Positions 8,273 through 17,062 are shown, counted from the stretch's first letter. The stretch: 21,875 nt of DNA from Acaryochloris thomasi RCC1774 (GCF_003231495.1 NZ_PQWO01000040.1:1-21875); one strand, 5' to 3'. The notes: a model not told the origin generated them from the sequence alone. A program made the numbers and translations.

Positions 8273-8941
8273 ATGAACTCGACGAAGGTCCGCATCGCTT
8301 CTTTGAATTTGCTTGTCTGTACAAGCCTATTTGGCATTAGCTTGGCGCGCCCTGCATTCGCAGAGTCTGCAATGAACAGCTCAGTCATCACTTCAACGCT
8401 GCCGCAGAAGCTGGCCCAGGCGACGGGAGATATTGTTGATGTTGCCGCTGGCAATCCAGATTTTAGTACTTTGGTACAAGCCGTCCAGGCGGCAGAGCTA
8501 GTTGATGCTCTTAAGGCAGAGGGACCGCTCACGGTCTTTGCACCCACCAATGCAGCCTTTGCTGCTTTGCCAGAGGGTGCTTTGGACGCCTTGCTTTTGC
8601 CTGAGAACCGTGATTTATTGACTCAGATTTTGCAATATCACGTCGTTTCGGGCGAAGTTGCTTCTAGCGATTTAGAGACCGGCAATGTTACAACCCTAAA
8701 TGGTGATTTGGCTGTTGAAGTCTCTCCCGAGGGCGTCGCAGTCAACGATGCGAGCGTTGTGCAGGCAGATGTTGATGCGAGCAATGGCGTCGTTCATGCC
8801 ATCGACGGTGTTTTAATTCCAGAAGGCGTCGTGGCAGAACTGCAATCTCGTGCAGCTAGCGATGATACCGAAGAAGACGTTAGCACTGAAGAAGACGTCA
8901 GCACTGAAGAACCAGCTCCACCCGTCCGTGGTCTTTGGTAG
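8273..8941 (+). CDS. Secreted fasciclin (FAS1) domain protein
   Basis: The ORF is open from 8183. The ATG at 8273 gives the signal peptide MNSTKVRIASLNLLVCTSLFGISLARPAFA. FAS1 conserved blocks TVFAPTNAAFAALP and NGVVHAIDGVLIP are present, and the C-terminus is an acidic repeat tail. Confidence 0.88.
   Translation: MNSTKVRIASLNLLVCTSLFGISLARPAFAESAMNSSVITSTLPQKLAQATGDIVDVAAGNPDFSTLVQAVQAAELVDALKAEGPLTVFAPTNAAFAALPEGALDALLLPENRDLLTQILQYHVVSGEVASSDLETGNVTTLNGDLAVEVSPEGVAVNDASVVQADVDASNGVVHAIDGVLIPEGVVAELQSRAASDDTEEDVSTEEDVSTEEPAPPVRGLW
8870..8911 (+). repeat. 18-bp tandem repeat, 2.3 copies (GAAGAAGACGTYAGCACT), encoding EEDVST repeats in the fasciclin tail
   Basis: Units at 8870-8887 and 8888-8905 differ only by one synonymous T/C change. 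A partial third unit lies at 8906-8911. Confidence 0.9.
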
Positions 8942-9019
8942 TCAGTAAGCCTCAGGCTAGGTAGGCCACTGCTCTAAAGAAGATTGAGTGTGCAGGTCAA
9001 GATTGACGGCAGAGTCGTA

Positions 9020-9063
9020 AAGCAGCTATATAGAATCATTAATGTTCATTTTTATAGCTGCTT
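9020..9063. repeat. 11-bp perfect inverted repeat (AAGCAGCTATA / TATAGCTGCTT) between two convergent genes; possible U-tract-less bidirectional terminator
   Basis: The arms at 9020-9030 and 9053-9063 are exact reverse complements with a 22-nt AT-rich loop. No T-tract follows on either strand. Confidence 0.5.
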
Positions 9064-9136
9064 ACTGTCCTGACGCAGTCCTCTCAGTGGCCTAAAGTCG
9101 GTCGTAGAGACACCAATTTCATAAGGGTGAAGAGCC

Positions 9137-12100
9137 CTAGACCTGCACACCTTCAAGTTCTTCATCAGTCTGTTCATACAGGGCACGCAGCTGCTCAAGT
9201 TTTTCTTCATCTGGCTCCCAAAAGCCACGACCGTTGGCTTCTAGCATTCGCCCAACAATATTACGGAAGGCTTCAGGGTTTGCTTCACGCAGCTTATCCG
9301 CCATCTCAGCATCTAGCGCGTAGGTGTCTGCGGCTTGGTCATACACCCAGTTTTCTTTAAAGTCAGTGGTGCCGCCCCAGCCAATGAGGGCCGTCATTCG
9401 CTGAGAGATCTCATAAGCTCCGCCAGAGCCTTGCTCTGCCATTGCATCGGCCCACTTGGGGTTGAGCAGCTTAGTGCGGTATTCCATTCGCAGGAGTGAC
9501 TCCAGCTTGCGCGGGGTGGTGTCCTTAGAGAAGCTTTCTACAAAGTTGGCGTTCACCTTTTTACCCCTTTGCTGCTCGGCAGCTCGCTTGAGGCCACCTG
9601 TGTTCGCATAGTATTCCTGGATATCGGTGAGACCATATTCGACAGAATCGATTTCTTGAACGATATCAGAGGTGCTTTTGAGCAGCGTTTGCAGAATTTC
9701 GGGTCGGGCTTGGCCCTTATCTTGGCGACCGTAGCTGAAAGAGTTGCGATCGCGCCAAGTATCCCCCAACTCTTCTCCGGTCTCCCAGCTCGAATCGGTG
9801 ACCCGATCGTTCACGAGCGAGCCAAAATCTCCAGATGGGTTAGAGAACAAACGAGCAGAAGAATTCTCGACCCCTTTTGCTTCCAGCTCTAGCGCATGCT
9901 TGCGAATGTAGTTTTGCATCTTCTGCTCATTAGCAGCAGCAGCTCGCTGAAACAGGTCATCAAGCAGTTCAATAATGTTGACAAAGCTATCTCTAAAAAT
10001 TCCAGAAAGGTTGCCCAACACATCTATACGGGGATGATCGAGCTCGTCTAGGGGAATCAGCTCATATCTCACAATCCGGCCTGTCCCTTCTTTAACCGGT
10101 CTAGCGCCCACTAGTTCTAGCAAAATCCCCAGCGACTCCCCTCGGGTTTTGATGGCATCTAAGCCCCAGAGCATCACGGCTACGGTTTCAGGATAGTGAC
10201 CGTTTTCTTCTAGACTTTGGGCGATAATTTTGCGGGCAATCTCGCGGCCTCTCTCGTAGGCAGCAGGTGACGGCATCCGGTAGGGATCGAGGGCATGAAT
10301 GTTACGACCCGTCGGTAACACACCAGGACCATCTCTCAATAAGTCTCCGCCCGGAGCCGGAGGAATATATTCGCCGTTGAGTCCCCGGAGTAGGTTCGTG
10401 AGTTCATCGCCGGTCTGGGCTAATCGCGCTCGGATTTCAATTGCTTCTTCTAGCTTGGGAGTGCTGCCGTTGAGCTGGAACTGTGTATAGAGTTCCTCGG
10501 GTTCAGTGCCTTGGGCGACGGATGCGATCGCATCTTCCGGCAGCTCCTCCCCGAAGTAAGCCCGCAGATAGCTGCCTAATTGATCAGCATCAGGCGACTC
10601 ACCCAACACGTGCAGTCCCGAAGAAAACAGCCGCGTCTCTAACTCTTGCAAGTAAGCGTAAAGCTTCACTAAATAACGGCCAAAGGCATCCGCGCTGAAC
10701 AGATTGGCATTCTCAGGACTAAAGGCAATCCCGAGCTTCTTCGCCTCTTCAAAGGGACAGTCTGCATCCACGCCGGAATCAACGATCTTTTTACAGATCG
10801 CCTCTTTAAGCGCATAGTTCTTCTCAGGATCTTCGCGGTACTCCTGAATCAGCTCTCGCAGCGCCGCCAGTTCCTTGTAGAGTTCCGCTCGACCATAGGG
10901 GGGCACATTATGAGAGACCAAAACCCCATAGCCGCGTCGCTTCGCCAGCATTGACTCCGATGGATTATTGGCAGCATAGACATACATGTGGGGAATCTCG
11001 CCCAGCAGCACATCCGGCCAGGAATAGCCCGTGTTGCCAAGCGGTGAACCCGGTAGCCACTCCACCGTGCCGTGCATCCCAAAGTGGATCATGGCGTCGG
11101 CCTGAAACTCATTTTGAAGCCATTTATAAAAAGCGGCGTACTGCGGGTGGGGCGTCATATCGCGCTCAAACATCAGCCGCATCGGATCACCTGAGATCCC
11201 CAATGGGGGCTGGACGCCGATCCAAACATTGCCGAGCTGCACGCCGCCAAGCAAGAATTCATCGCCTAGAGTTTTAATACCGCTAGTGGTAAGGGAGTTC
11301 CATTGGTTTTCAATTTTCTTGGTGAGCAGATAGCCCAGCCATTTCTCTAACGTCTGTGCTTTGACGGTTGTTTGTTGACCTGACGTGGTGGATGCGATCG
11401 CATCTGCATCTGCTTCCCGTACCTGATCAATCAACGCCTCACCGTCTTCCGGCACATCTCCCACCGTGTAGCCCTGCTCCTTGAGAGAGTGAAGCAGCTT
11501 CAGCAAAGACTTCGGCACATTCAGCAGCGCCGCCGTCCCCGTCGCTCCATATCCAGGCGGAAAGCCATATAGCATAATCGCTAATTTTCGCTCTGCCGTT
11601 GGCGTTTGGCGCAGAGAAATCCATCGCTTGAGTCGGCCCGTCAGTCGGTCCACTCGCTCCGGCACCAGATAAATGTCGTTGCCCACTAAGCCACCGAGAG
11701 GAATGGTATCAATGGCACCGTCTAGCTCCGGCAAAGCATAAAGCACAACGCTTTGCAGACCACCAATCCCCTGCCTTGTCCAAGAGTGGATATCCTGAAT
11801 CAACAGTGGAGCGGCCACCAAATAGGGAATATTTTTAGCCGTCAAAATTGTCTTCGCAACCTCAACCTGGCGTCCGGCCTCCATTGACCCGGCAGGGCCA
11901 CCGACAAGCGGAAAGCCAATGGTGGAAACAATGGCATCGACGCAAGCCGCCTGATCAGAAAGTGACTTAATTGCACGGTTACCCTGCTGACGCTGCTCTT
12001 GCTCATAGGGCGTGGTCAACAGATCGCGAACGGCCACATGCCCCTCAACGCCATTAATAAAGATAGGCAGTGGAATTAAACCTGCTTCTTCAAACCGACG

Positions 12101-12886
12101 CACCAGTTGAGGGATGTAGGGCTGCTTGGTGATCACATGCTTACGGTAAAGCAGAATACCCACCACAGGAGACTGAGCCGAGAGTGACTGAGGAGAACTA
12201 AGCTGACATCGCTGTTGTCGGAACCAGTTCAGATATTCCAGCGGAGACTCAAAATAGCCTTCATAGTCAGGGTGCAAAAGGCCCAGGTTCGGTGTCTCTT
12301 GGGGCGCAGGAATCTCGCCAATTTCTAAACCTAAGTACTTCTCCGCTAGAGTCCAGCACATGGCGGCAACGTTCTCTGAACCACCGGCATTCCAGTAGCC
12401 ATAAATAATCAACCAATTCCGTAGATCCTGCACTTTTTTGACAGGGACATACTTTAAAAGCTTGGGTCCAGCTTTCAAAAAACTTATATAGCCCGCTAGT
12501 TTGTCTTCTTCTTTGCCACTGCTGAATTTGCTCAGGATAAATTTAACCGGCTTGGGCATTCCCTTGGGCTGATCGCCAATCACAAACTTGCCGATCTGGG
12601 TCAGACTCATCAGTTCTAGAGCCGACTCAAACACGAGGCGAATGGGGATATGCTGGACTCTCTCTCGCAGCCACAACACCTGATCGTAGTCAAACAGCAG
12701 ACTCCCGAAGAAGACGTCAGCATCCTGCAGAACGTGGGTGATGCGATCAGGCTCTGTGTTGATATCGCGATCGCTGAACACGCAGATTTCCAGATCAGGA
12801 CACCGAGCCTGAGCTAATGCAGCAGCCTGACAGTAAAGATCTTTATTGAAAGACTCAAAACCAGCGATGAGAACAATGCGCGCCAT
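9137..12886 (-). CDS. Magnesium-chelatase H-subunit family protein (ChlH/BchH-type large subunit), a divergent shorter paralogue; not CobN-type
   Basis: 1249 aa. It is collinear with ChlH as I recall it. The segment KYVPVKKVQDLRNWLIIYGYWNAGGSEN matches ChlH KYLPVEKAQDARNF...YWLGGSQEN. HFGMHGTVEWLPG...YVYAANNPSES..AKRRGYG, LPTGRNIHALDP and PRIDVLGNLSGIFRD are also present, as is the C-terminal NGRGFWEPDEEKLEQLRALYEQTDEELEGV. The N-terminus lacks the roughly 80 leading residues of canonical ChlH. Confidence 0.8.
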   Translation of the reverse strand: MARIVLIAGFESFNKDLYCQAAALAQARCPDLEICVFSDRDINTEPDRITHVLQDADVFFGSLLFDYDQVLWLRERVQHIPIRLVFESALELMSLTQIGKFVIGDQPKGMPKPVKFILSKFSSGKEEDKLAGYISFLKAGPKLLKYVPVKKVQDLRNWLIIYGYWNAGGSENVAAMCWTLAEKYLGLEIGEIPAPQETPNLGLLHPDYEGYFESPLEYLNWFRQQRCQLSSPQSLSAQSPVVGILLYRKHVITKQPYIPQLVRRFEEAGLIPLPIFINGVEGHVAVRDLLTTPYEQEQRQQGNRAIKSLSDQAACVDAIVSTIGFPLVGGPAGSMEAGRQVEVAKTILTAKNIPYLVAAPLLIQDIHSWTRQGIGGLQSVVLYALPELDGAIDTIPLGGLVGNDIYLVPERVDRLTGRLKRWISLRQTPTAERKLAIMLYGFPPGYGATGTAALLNVPKSLLKLLHSLKEQGYTVGDVPEDGEALIDQVREADADAIASTTSGQQTTVKAQTLEKWLGYLLTKKIENQWNSLTTSGIKTLGDEFLLGGVQLGNVWIGVQPPLGISGDPMRLMFERDMTPHPQYAAFYKWLQNEFQADAMIHFGMHGTVEWLPGSPLGNTGYSWPDVLLGEIPHMYVYAANNPSESMLAKRRGYGVLVSHNVPPYGRAELYKELAALRELIQEYREDPEKNYALKEAICKKIVDSGVDADCPFEEAKKLGIAFSPENANLFSADAFGRYLVKLYAYLQELETRLFSSGLHVLGESPDADQLGSYLRAYFGEELPEDAIASVAQGTEPEELYTQFQLNGSTPKLEEAIEIRARLAQTGDELTNLLRGLNGEYIPPAPGGDLLRDGPGVLPTGRNIHALDPYRMPSPAAYERGREIARKIIAQSLEENGHYPETVAVMLWGLDAIKTRGESLGILLELVGARPVKEGTGRIVRYELIPLDELDHPRIDVLGNLSGIFRDSFVNIIELLDDLFQRAAAANEQKMQNYIRKHALELEAKGVENSSARLFSNPSGDFGSLVNDRVTDSSWETGEELGDTWRDRNSFSYGRQDKGQARPEILQTLLKSTSDIVQEIDSVEYGLTDIQEYYANTGGLKRAAEQQRGKKVNANFVESFSKDTTPRKLESLLRMEYRTKLLNPKWADAMAEQGSGGAYEISQRMTALIGWGGTTDFKENWVYDQAADTYALDAEMADKLREANPEAFRNIVGRMLEANGRGFWEPDEEKLEQLRALYEQTDEELEGVQV

Positions 12887-13137
12887 ACCTTTAGCCAGAA
12901 ACAGAGGTGCTATTTTAAGCTTAATGTTTTTTAACGATTGCTGTCATCATGCCTTTGACAGTGCAGCAAAGAAAGGGTGGCTTGGGATAGTAGGGCAAGC
13001 CTCGGCCAGGAGCCAGGAAAATAGCACACTATTGGACCTATGAGCCTGAAACAGATGGGCGGCTTGAGCTAGAGAATGGAGAACTCGTCCTAGTGAAGGA
13101 CTATAATAGAGGTAGGTAAAAGGTATGCAGCCGCCCT

Positions 13138-13356
13138 ATGGCACTCAAAACAACGGTCTACCTCAACGATCAACTAGAAGCGCAGCTTCAGAAATATCTT
13201 GAAGTTCATCCAGAGAAAACGCTGTCTACGCTTGTGCAAGAAGCCCTTGAAAGTACCCTTCAGCAGGAAAATGCAGCGGCGGAGCTTCTGAAAATCGCCG
13301 GTATTGCTCAAAATACACCACTGACCGATGACAGTAATCGTGAAATTCTGCTCTAA
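13138..13356 (+). CDS. Ribbon-helix-helix (CopG/VapB-like) antitoxin
   Basis: 72 aa. The N-terminal KTTVYLNDQLEAQLQKYL fits a beta-strand plus helix RHH pattern. It ends 6 nt before the PIN gene start. A TATAAT hexamer lies at 13101-13106 upstream. Confidence 0.65.
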   Translation: MALKTTVYLNDQLEAQLQKYLEVHPEKTLSTLVQEALESTLQQENAAAELLKIAGIAQNTPLTDDSNREILL

Positions 13357-13362
13357 CCAGAA

Positions 13363-13783
13363 ATGTTAGGCATAAAATTGCGTCTTGTTTTGGATGCAGG
13401 ACCGCTATACGCCTTAGCATCTAGTAAAGACACCGATCATCAACTTTGTCGGCAAGGTTTCGTTCAATTAGCTCACGCAAAGATAGAGCTAATAACGCCT
13501 TTGCCTATTGTTTTTGAAGTCTATAAACTCTTGGCTCAGCGAGAATCCTCAGCAGTGGCCCAAGCTGTATTGCAGCAGATGATGAAGACAACGGTTATTC
13601 CCATAACCCTCGCTGACTTTAAGGCCATCTCGCAAATGATGGGACAACTCACAGATTGGAAAGGGTCATTGGAAGATACAGCAGTCTTAATTAATTGCTC
13701 AACGTTTTGACTGCTCAGTGTGGACCCTCAATTACAGAGACTTCGGGCGATTTCAAGATTTGGAGTTCTGGACTCCTGAATAG
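13363..13783 (+). pseudogene. PIN-domain (VapC-like) toxin gene interrupted by a +1 frameshift near 13690
   Basis: Frame 1 (13363-13710) gives LVLDAGPLYAL...IVFEVYKLL...SLEDTAVLINCSTF*. Shifting +1 at 13697 continues as AQRFDCSVWTLNYRDFGRFQDLEFWTPE* with the stop at 13781-13783, the expected PIN C-terminal block. The junction is TTAATTAATT (13687-13696), which looks like a 4-nt TTAA duplication. Confidence 0.7.
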
Positions 13784-13942
13784 CTCACCCGACTTGGGAT
13801 TGAGTTTAAAGAAAATATGCTATCGAGCATTCCTCATATTTCAGTCCCAACAAAAACCTGAGTCCAAGAGATGGATAAATTTCCGCGATATCTTCTTCAG
13901 CTTTGTCCTGCGCAAATTTCAGGTCAGGCATTTAGAGACCTT

Positions 13943-14134
13943 CTACAGGGACATCGCCCCAAAAATAAGCGCCAGCACAAAAGGAATCACAATGGGTAGA
14001 GCCACTAGTAGCCCCTGCTTGCCTATTTTGACATCCTGACCATCAGCCTTCAGCAGCAGGATCAGCGCCCCTGTGCCCAAAATAATCCATAGAAAGGCAA
14101 AGCCAAGGAAGAAAGCAAAGGTTGAATCTGCCAT
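13943..14134 (-). CDS. Hypothetical small membrane protein (two predicted TM helices)
   Basis: 63-aa ORF MADSTFAFFLGFAFLWIILGTGALILLLKADGQDVKIGKQGLLVALPIVIPFVLALIFGAMSL. It has two hydrophobic helices joined by a charged loop. I recognised no family and saw no clear ribosome-binding site. Confidence 0.4.
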   Translation of the reverse strand: MADSTFAFFLGFAFLWIILGTGALILLLKADGQDVKIGKQGLLVALPIVIPFVLALIFGAMSL

Positions 14135-14519
14135 TGTAAAATCCGCATCTTAATGCCGTTCCATTGAGGATAGCCCAAAACCTTACTCAAGCCGGTAGCA
14201 ACCTCGAGCAGATATGGCCTAACTTGAGAATCTCACCCTAATGTCTTAACGCCTATGAAGTATAGGAATTGTGCAACATATGCTCTCTGTCAGCGAGCAT
14301 GATTAAGCAGAGACCAAAGCAAGATTCACAGTATTGGGATGTTGAGTGTGCCGAGATTTCCCTTAGACTGACCAATACTGACATAATTGATATAGCAGTA
14401 CCCGGCTGAGTTAGGACAGCCCTTCTCTAGCACAGATGGGTTCAGACATTTTAATCTCCTAATCAGTACGCGTACCGCTATATAGTCCAGTTGCATTGCA
14501 GAAATCCAGCTTTTAAATT

Positions 14520-15305
14520 GTGAATAATCTCCGTACCGTCTCTGATACCAAACGAGCTTTCTATTCAATCCACACTCGCCCCGTCAATTCCATCTATCGA
14601 CGGGTTGTTGAAGAGGTGATGGTGGAGATGCATCTATTGCGCGTTAATGAAGACTTCCGTGAAGATCCAATCTTTGCGCTTGGGGTCGTCACCACCTATG
14701 ACTCCTTTATGGAGGGCTATACGCCTGAAGCAGACCGCACAACGATTTTCGAAGCTATTTGTCGCGCCCAAGATGCCGACCCTGCAAAGTATCGCCAAGA
14801 TGCTGAGCAAATGAAACAGTTTGCTGAGTCTAAGTCTTTGGATGAGCTACTAGAGTTAATGACGACATCAACACCTTCCGGTGGGAGCGACCTGCAGGGT
14901 CAGCTTAGCTCGATGTCTCAAAATGAGAAATTTAAGTATAGCCGTCTCTTTGGCGTTGGCTTGCTGACGAGTCTACAGCTAGCAGATGCTGAGGTACTGA
15001 AGGATGAAACACGTCTAAAAGAAATTTTGCACACCCTCAGTGAATCTCTCAAACTACCAGAGAACAAGGTTCTGCAAGACATTGAGCTCTATCGCGCTAA
15101 TCTAGATAAGATGGTGCAGACACAGCAGGCAATTGCAGATAATATCGCGGCAGATCGCAAACGTCGTGAGCAGGCCGAGGCGGAAAAGGCCGAGAAGGCA
15201 AAAGCTGAAGCCACCAAAGCTGAGGACAAGCCTGAGCCTGCCGAGACGCCAGCGGCAGAGACAACCGACGCGACCTCGGACGCAGCCGATAGTAGCTCTT
15301 CATAG
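14520..15305 (+). CDS. thf1: Thylakoid formation protein Thf1 / Psb29
   Basis: 261 aa starting at a GTG. MNNLRTVSDTKRAFYSIHTRPVNSIYRRVVEEVMVEMHLL matches the Thf1 N-terminus as recalled, which supports the GTG start. The C-terminal tail is A/E/K-rich and low in complexity. Confidence 0.9.
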   Translation: MNNLRTVSDTKRAFYSIHTRPVNSIYRRVVEEVMVEMHLLRVNEDFREDPIFALGVVTTYDSFMEGYTPEADRTTIFEAICRAQDADPAKYRQDAEQMKQFAESKSLDELLELMTTSTPSGGSDLQGQLSSMSQNEKFKYSRLFGVGLLTSLQLADAEVLKDETRLKEILHTLSESLKLPENKVLQDIELYRANLDKMVQTQQAIADNIAADRKRREQAEAEKAEKAKAEATKAEDKPEPAETPAAETTDATSDAADSSSS

Positions 15306-15336
15306 CTCAATTGTTCACCTGTAAACAAGCTGCCCT

Positions 15337-16299
15337 ATGACTATTCCTGTTAGCCTCCTGCGGGCAACCTCCTACGATCGCAACCTTCTGCAGGCCAAGC
15401 TGCATCAACTGCTAGAGCCTTTTGGAGGGATTGAGACCCTGGTTAAACCGGGTTATCGCGTGTTGCTAAAACCCAATCTGTTGACGGGTTCTCGACCGAG
15501 TAAGGAGTGCATTACCCGTCCTGAGATAGTCTACTGCGTTGCCAAGATGGTCAAGGACGCCGGGGGCAAGCCGTTCTTGGGGGATAGTCCTGCCTTTGGC
15601 AGCGCCCGAGGCGTGGCAAAAGTGAATGGCTACCTACCGTTCTTGGAGGAGTTGGATATTCCCATTGTGGAGTTCCACGGTCAGCGATATGAGGCGCTGG
15701 GCAATTCCTTCGACCATCTGCGTCTATCTCAAGAAGCAATGGAGGCGGATGTAGTAATTAACCTGCCGAAGGTCAAGTCTCACATGCAGCTCACGATGAC
15801 GATGGGCGTCAAAAATCTATTTGGCTGCGTTCCGGGCAAGATGAAGGCTTGGTGGCACTTAGAGGCGGGCAAAGATGCCAACCGATTTGGCGAGATGCTG
15901 GTGGAAACAGCACGTGCGATCGCACCTAATCTCACGATTCTAGACGGCATTGTTGGTCATGAGGGCAATGGGCCTAGCGGTGGCGAACCCAGGGAATTAG
16001 GGATTTTAGGCGCAGCTCGCAATGTGTTTGCCTTAGACCGAGCTTTAATGGATATTCTGCAGGTGGATCCGCTGTCGGTACCCACGATTGCGGCGGCTGA
16101 GCGGTTAGGCTTTGGCCCCAGTTTGGAAGAGCTAAGTTTCCCTTACTGCACTGCTGAGGAGCTGCGAGTTGAGGGCTGGAAGCTGCCTGAGAAGATGATG
16201 CCGATTGATTTTGGAGCGCCCAGAGTTCTGAAGTCTACGTTTAAGCAGCTTTATATTCTGTTTATTAAAGAGCCGATGGCGCTGTATGCGAATCGATAG
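15337..16299 (+). CDS. DUF362 domain-containing protein
   Basis: 320 aa. LLKPNLL, GDSPAFGS, KSHMQLTMTMGVKNLFGCVPG and IVGHEGNGPSGG are typical DUF362 blocks as recalled. It starts 31 nt after thf1 on the same strand. Confidence 0.8.
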   Translation: MTIPVSLLRATSYDRNLLQAKLHQLLEPFGGIETLVKPGYRVLLKPNLLTGSRPSKECITRPEIVYCVAKMVKDAGGKPFLGDSPAFGSARGVAKVNGYLPFLEELDIPIVEFHGQRYEALGNSFDHLRLSQEAMEADVVINLPKVKSHMQLTMTMGVKNLFGCVPGKMKAWWHLEAGKDANRFGEMLVETARAIAPNLTILDGIVGHEGNGPSGGEPRELGILGAARNVFALDRALMDILQVDPLSVPTIAAAERLGFGPSLEELSFPYCTAEELRVEGWKLPEKMMPIDFGAPRVLKSTFKQLYILFIKEPMALYANR

Positions 16300-16419
16300 A
16301 GATTGCACTCGCCCCTCCGGCCCCACAATTCTGGGAGGAGACAGCCTAAATCTTGGAGCTAACTTTCTAGGCTGGGGAACGAACATCGTTCACAGCAAGC
16401 TCTCTTTAGGCAGTTAGCT

Positions 16420-17061
16420 TTGGCTTGGCTAGATCTGGTGCAACAGCAGCGGGCGTTTGCGGTGATTCGTGCGCCTGAATTATCCTTAGGGCTGCAGATG
16501 GCGAGGGCTGTCGCAGCTTCGGGGTTAGAGCTGATCGAAATTGCCTGGAATAGTGATCAGGCTCCAGTGTTAATTGAGACCCTACGAAAAGAACTACCCC
16601 ACTGTCAGATTGGGGTGGGGACAATTATGGATCGGGCTGGGTTGAGGGATGCGATCGCATCCGGTATTCAATTCTGTTTTAGCCCTCACACGAACCCTGA
16701 CCTAATCGCGATGGCGCGATCACACAATATCCCAATGATTTCAGGGGCGCTAACGCCGACCGAGATTGTCACGGCGTGGCAGGCGGGGGCCACCTGCGTG
16801 AAGGTATTCCCTGTACAGTCGGTGGGGGGCTGCAATTATATACACAGTATACAAGGACCGTTGGGTCAGATTCCGCTAATCCCTACGGGGGGCGTGACGT
16901 TGGAGAATGCGATGGGTTTTATTGAAGCGGGTGCGATCGCGGTGGGCTTATCGAGTAGTCTGTTTCCTCAGCTCAGCATTCAGAATCAAGATTGGGATGA
17001 CATTACCCAAAGGTGCACCATGCTCAAAATACGTCTTCAACATTGTGAAAATTCACCTTGA
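16420..17061 (+). CDS. eda: 2-dehydro-3-deoxyphosphogluconate / 4-hydroxy-2-oxoglutarate aldolase
   Basis: 213 aa with AVIRAP...IEIAWNS...IGVGTI...VKVFP (Schiff-base lysine context)...PTGGV. The start is a TTG at 16420, or a GTG at 16438. The first ATG would delete conserved N-terminal sequence. Confidence 0.85.
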   Translation: MAWLDLVQQQRAFAVIRAPELSLGLQMARAVAASGLELIEIAWNSDQAPVLIETLRKELPHCQIGVGTIMDRAGLRDAIASGIQFCFSPHTNPDLIAMARSHNIPMISGALTPTEIVTAWQAGATCVKVFPVQSVGGCNYIHSIQGPLGQIPLIPTGGVTLENAMGFIEAGAIAVGLSSSLFPQLSIQNQDWDDITQRCTMLKIRLQHCENSP

Positions 17062-17062
17062 G

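Noticed and set aside
8016-8324. 102-aa minus-strand ORF, and a 43-aa basic plus-strand ORF (8046-8177), in the fur-fasciclin spacer
   Set aside because: The minus ORF overlaps the fasciclin start and runs through the hairpin array. The 43-aa ORF uses many rare Arg/Ser codons and has GGGG immediately abutting the ATG with no proper spacing. Both look like by-products of palindromic sequence rather than genes.
9137-12886. Annotating the 1249-aa chelatase as cobaltochelatase CobN, since the length fits CobN, and looking for a cobalamin riboswitch in 12887-13137
   Set aside because: The N-terminal and internal blocks align with ChlH/BchH as I recall them rather than with the CobN N-terminus. 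I could not find a B12-box-like element in the upstream leader on the minus strand. The AGCCAGGA near 13008 is on the wrong strand and lacks the rest of the motif.
13695-14039. 114-aa plus-strand ORF in the track
   Set aside because: It lies in the third frame relative to both PIN segments. It overlaps the PIN 3' end and the antisense of the small membrane ORF, and it has no recognisable motifs. It is most likely a chance ORF in AT-rich sequence.
14326-14568. 80-aa minus-strand ORF overlapping the thf1 start
   Set aside because: It overlaps the conserved thf1 N-terminus in antisense and has no recognisable features. The thf1 assignment is much stronger.
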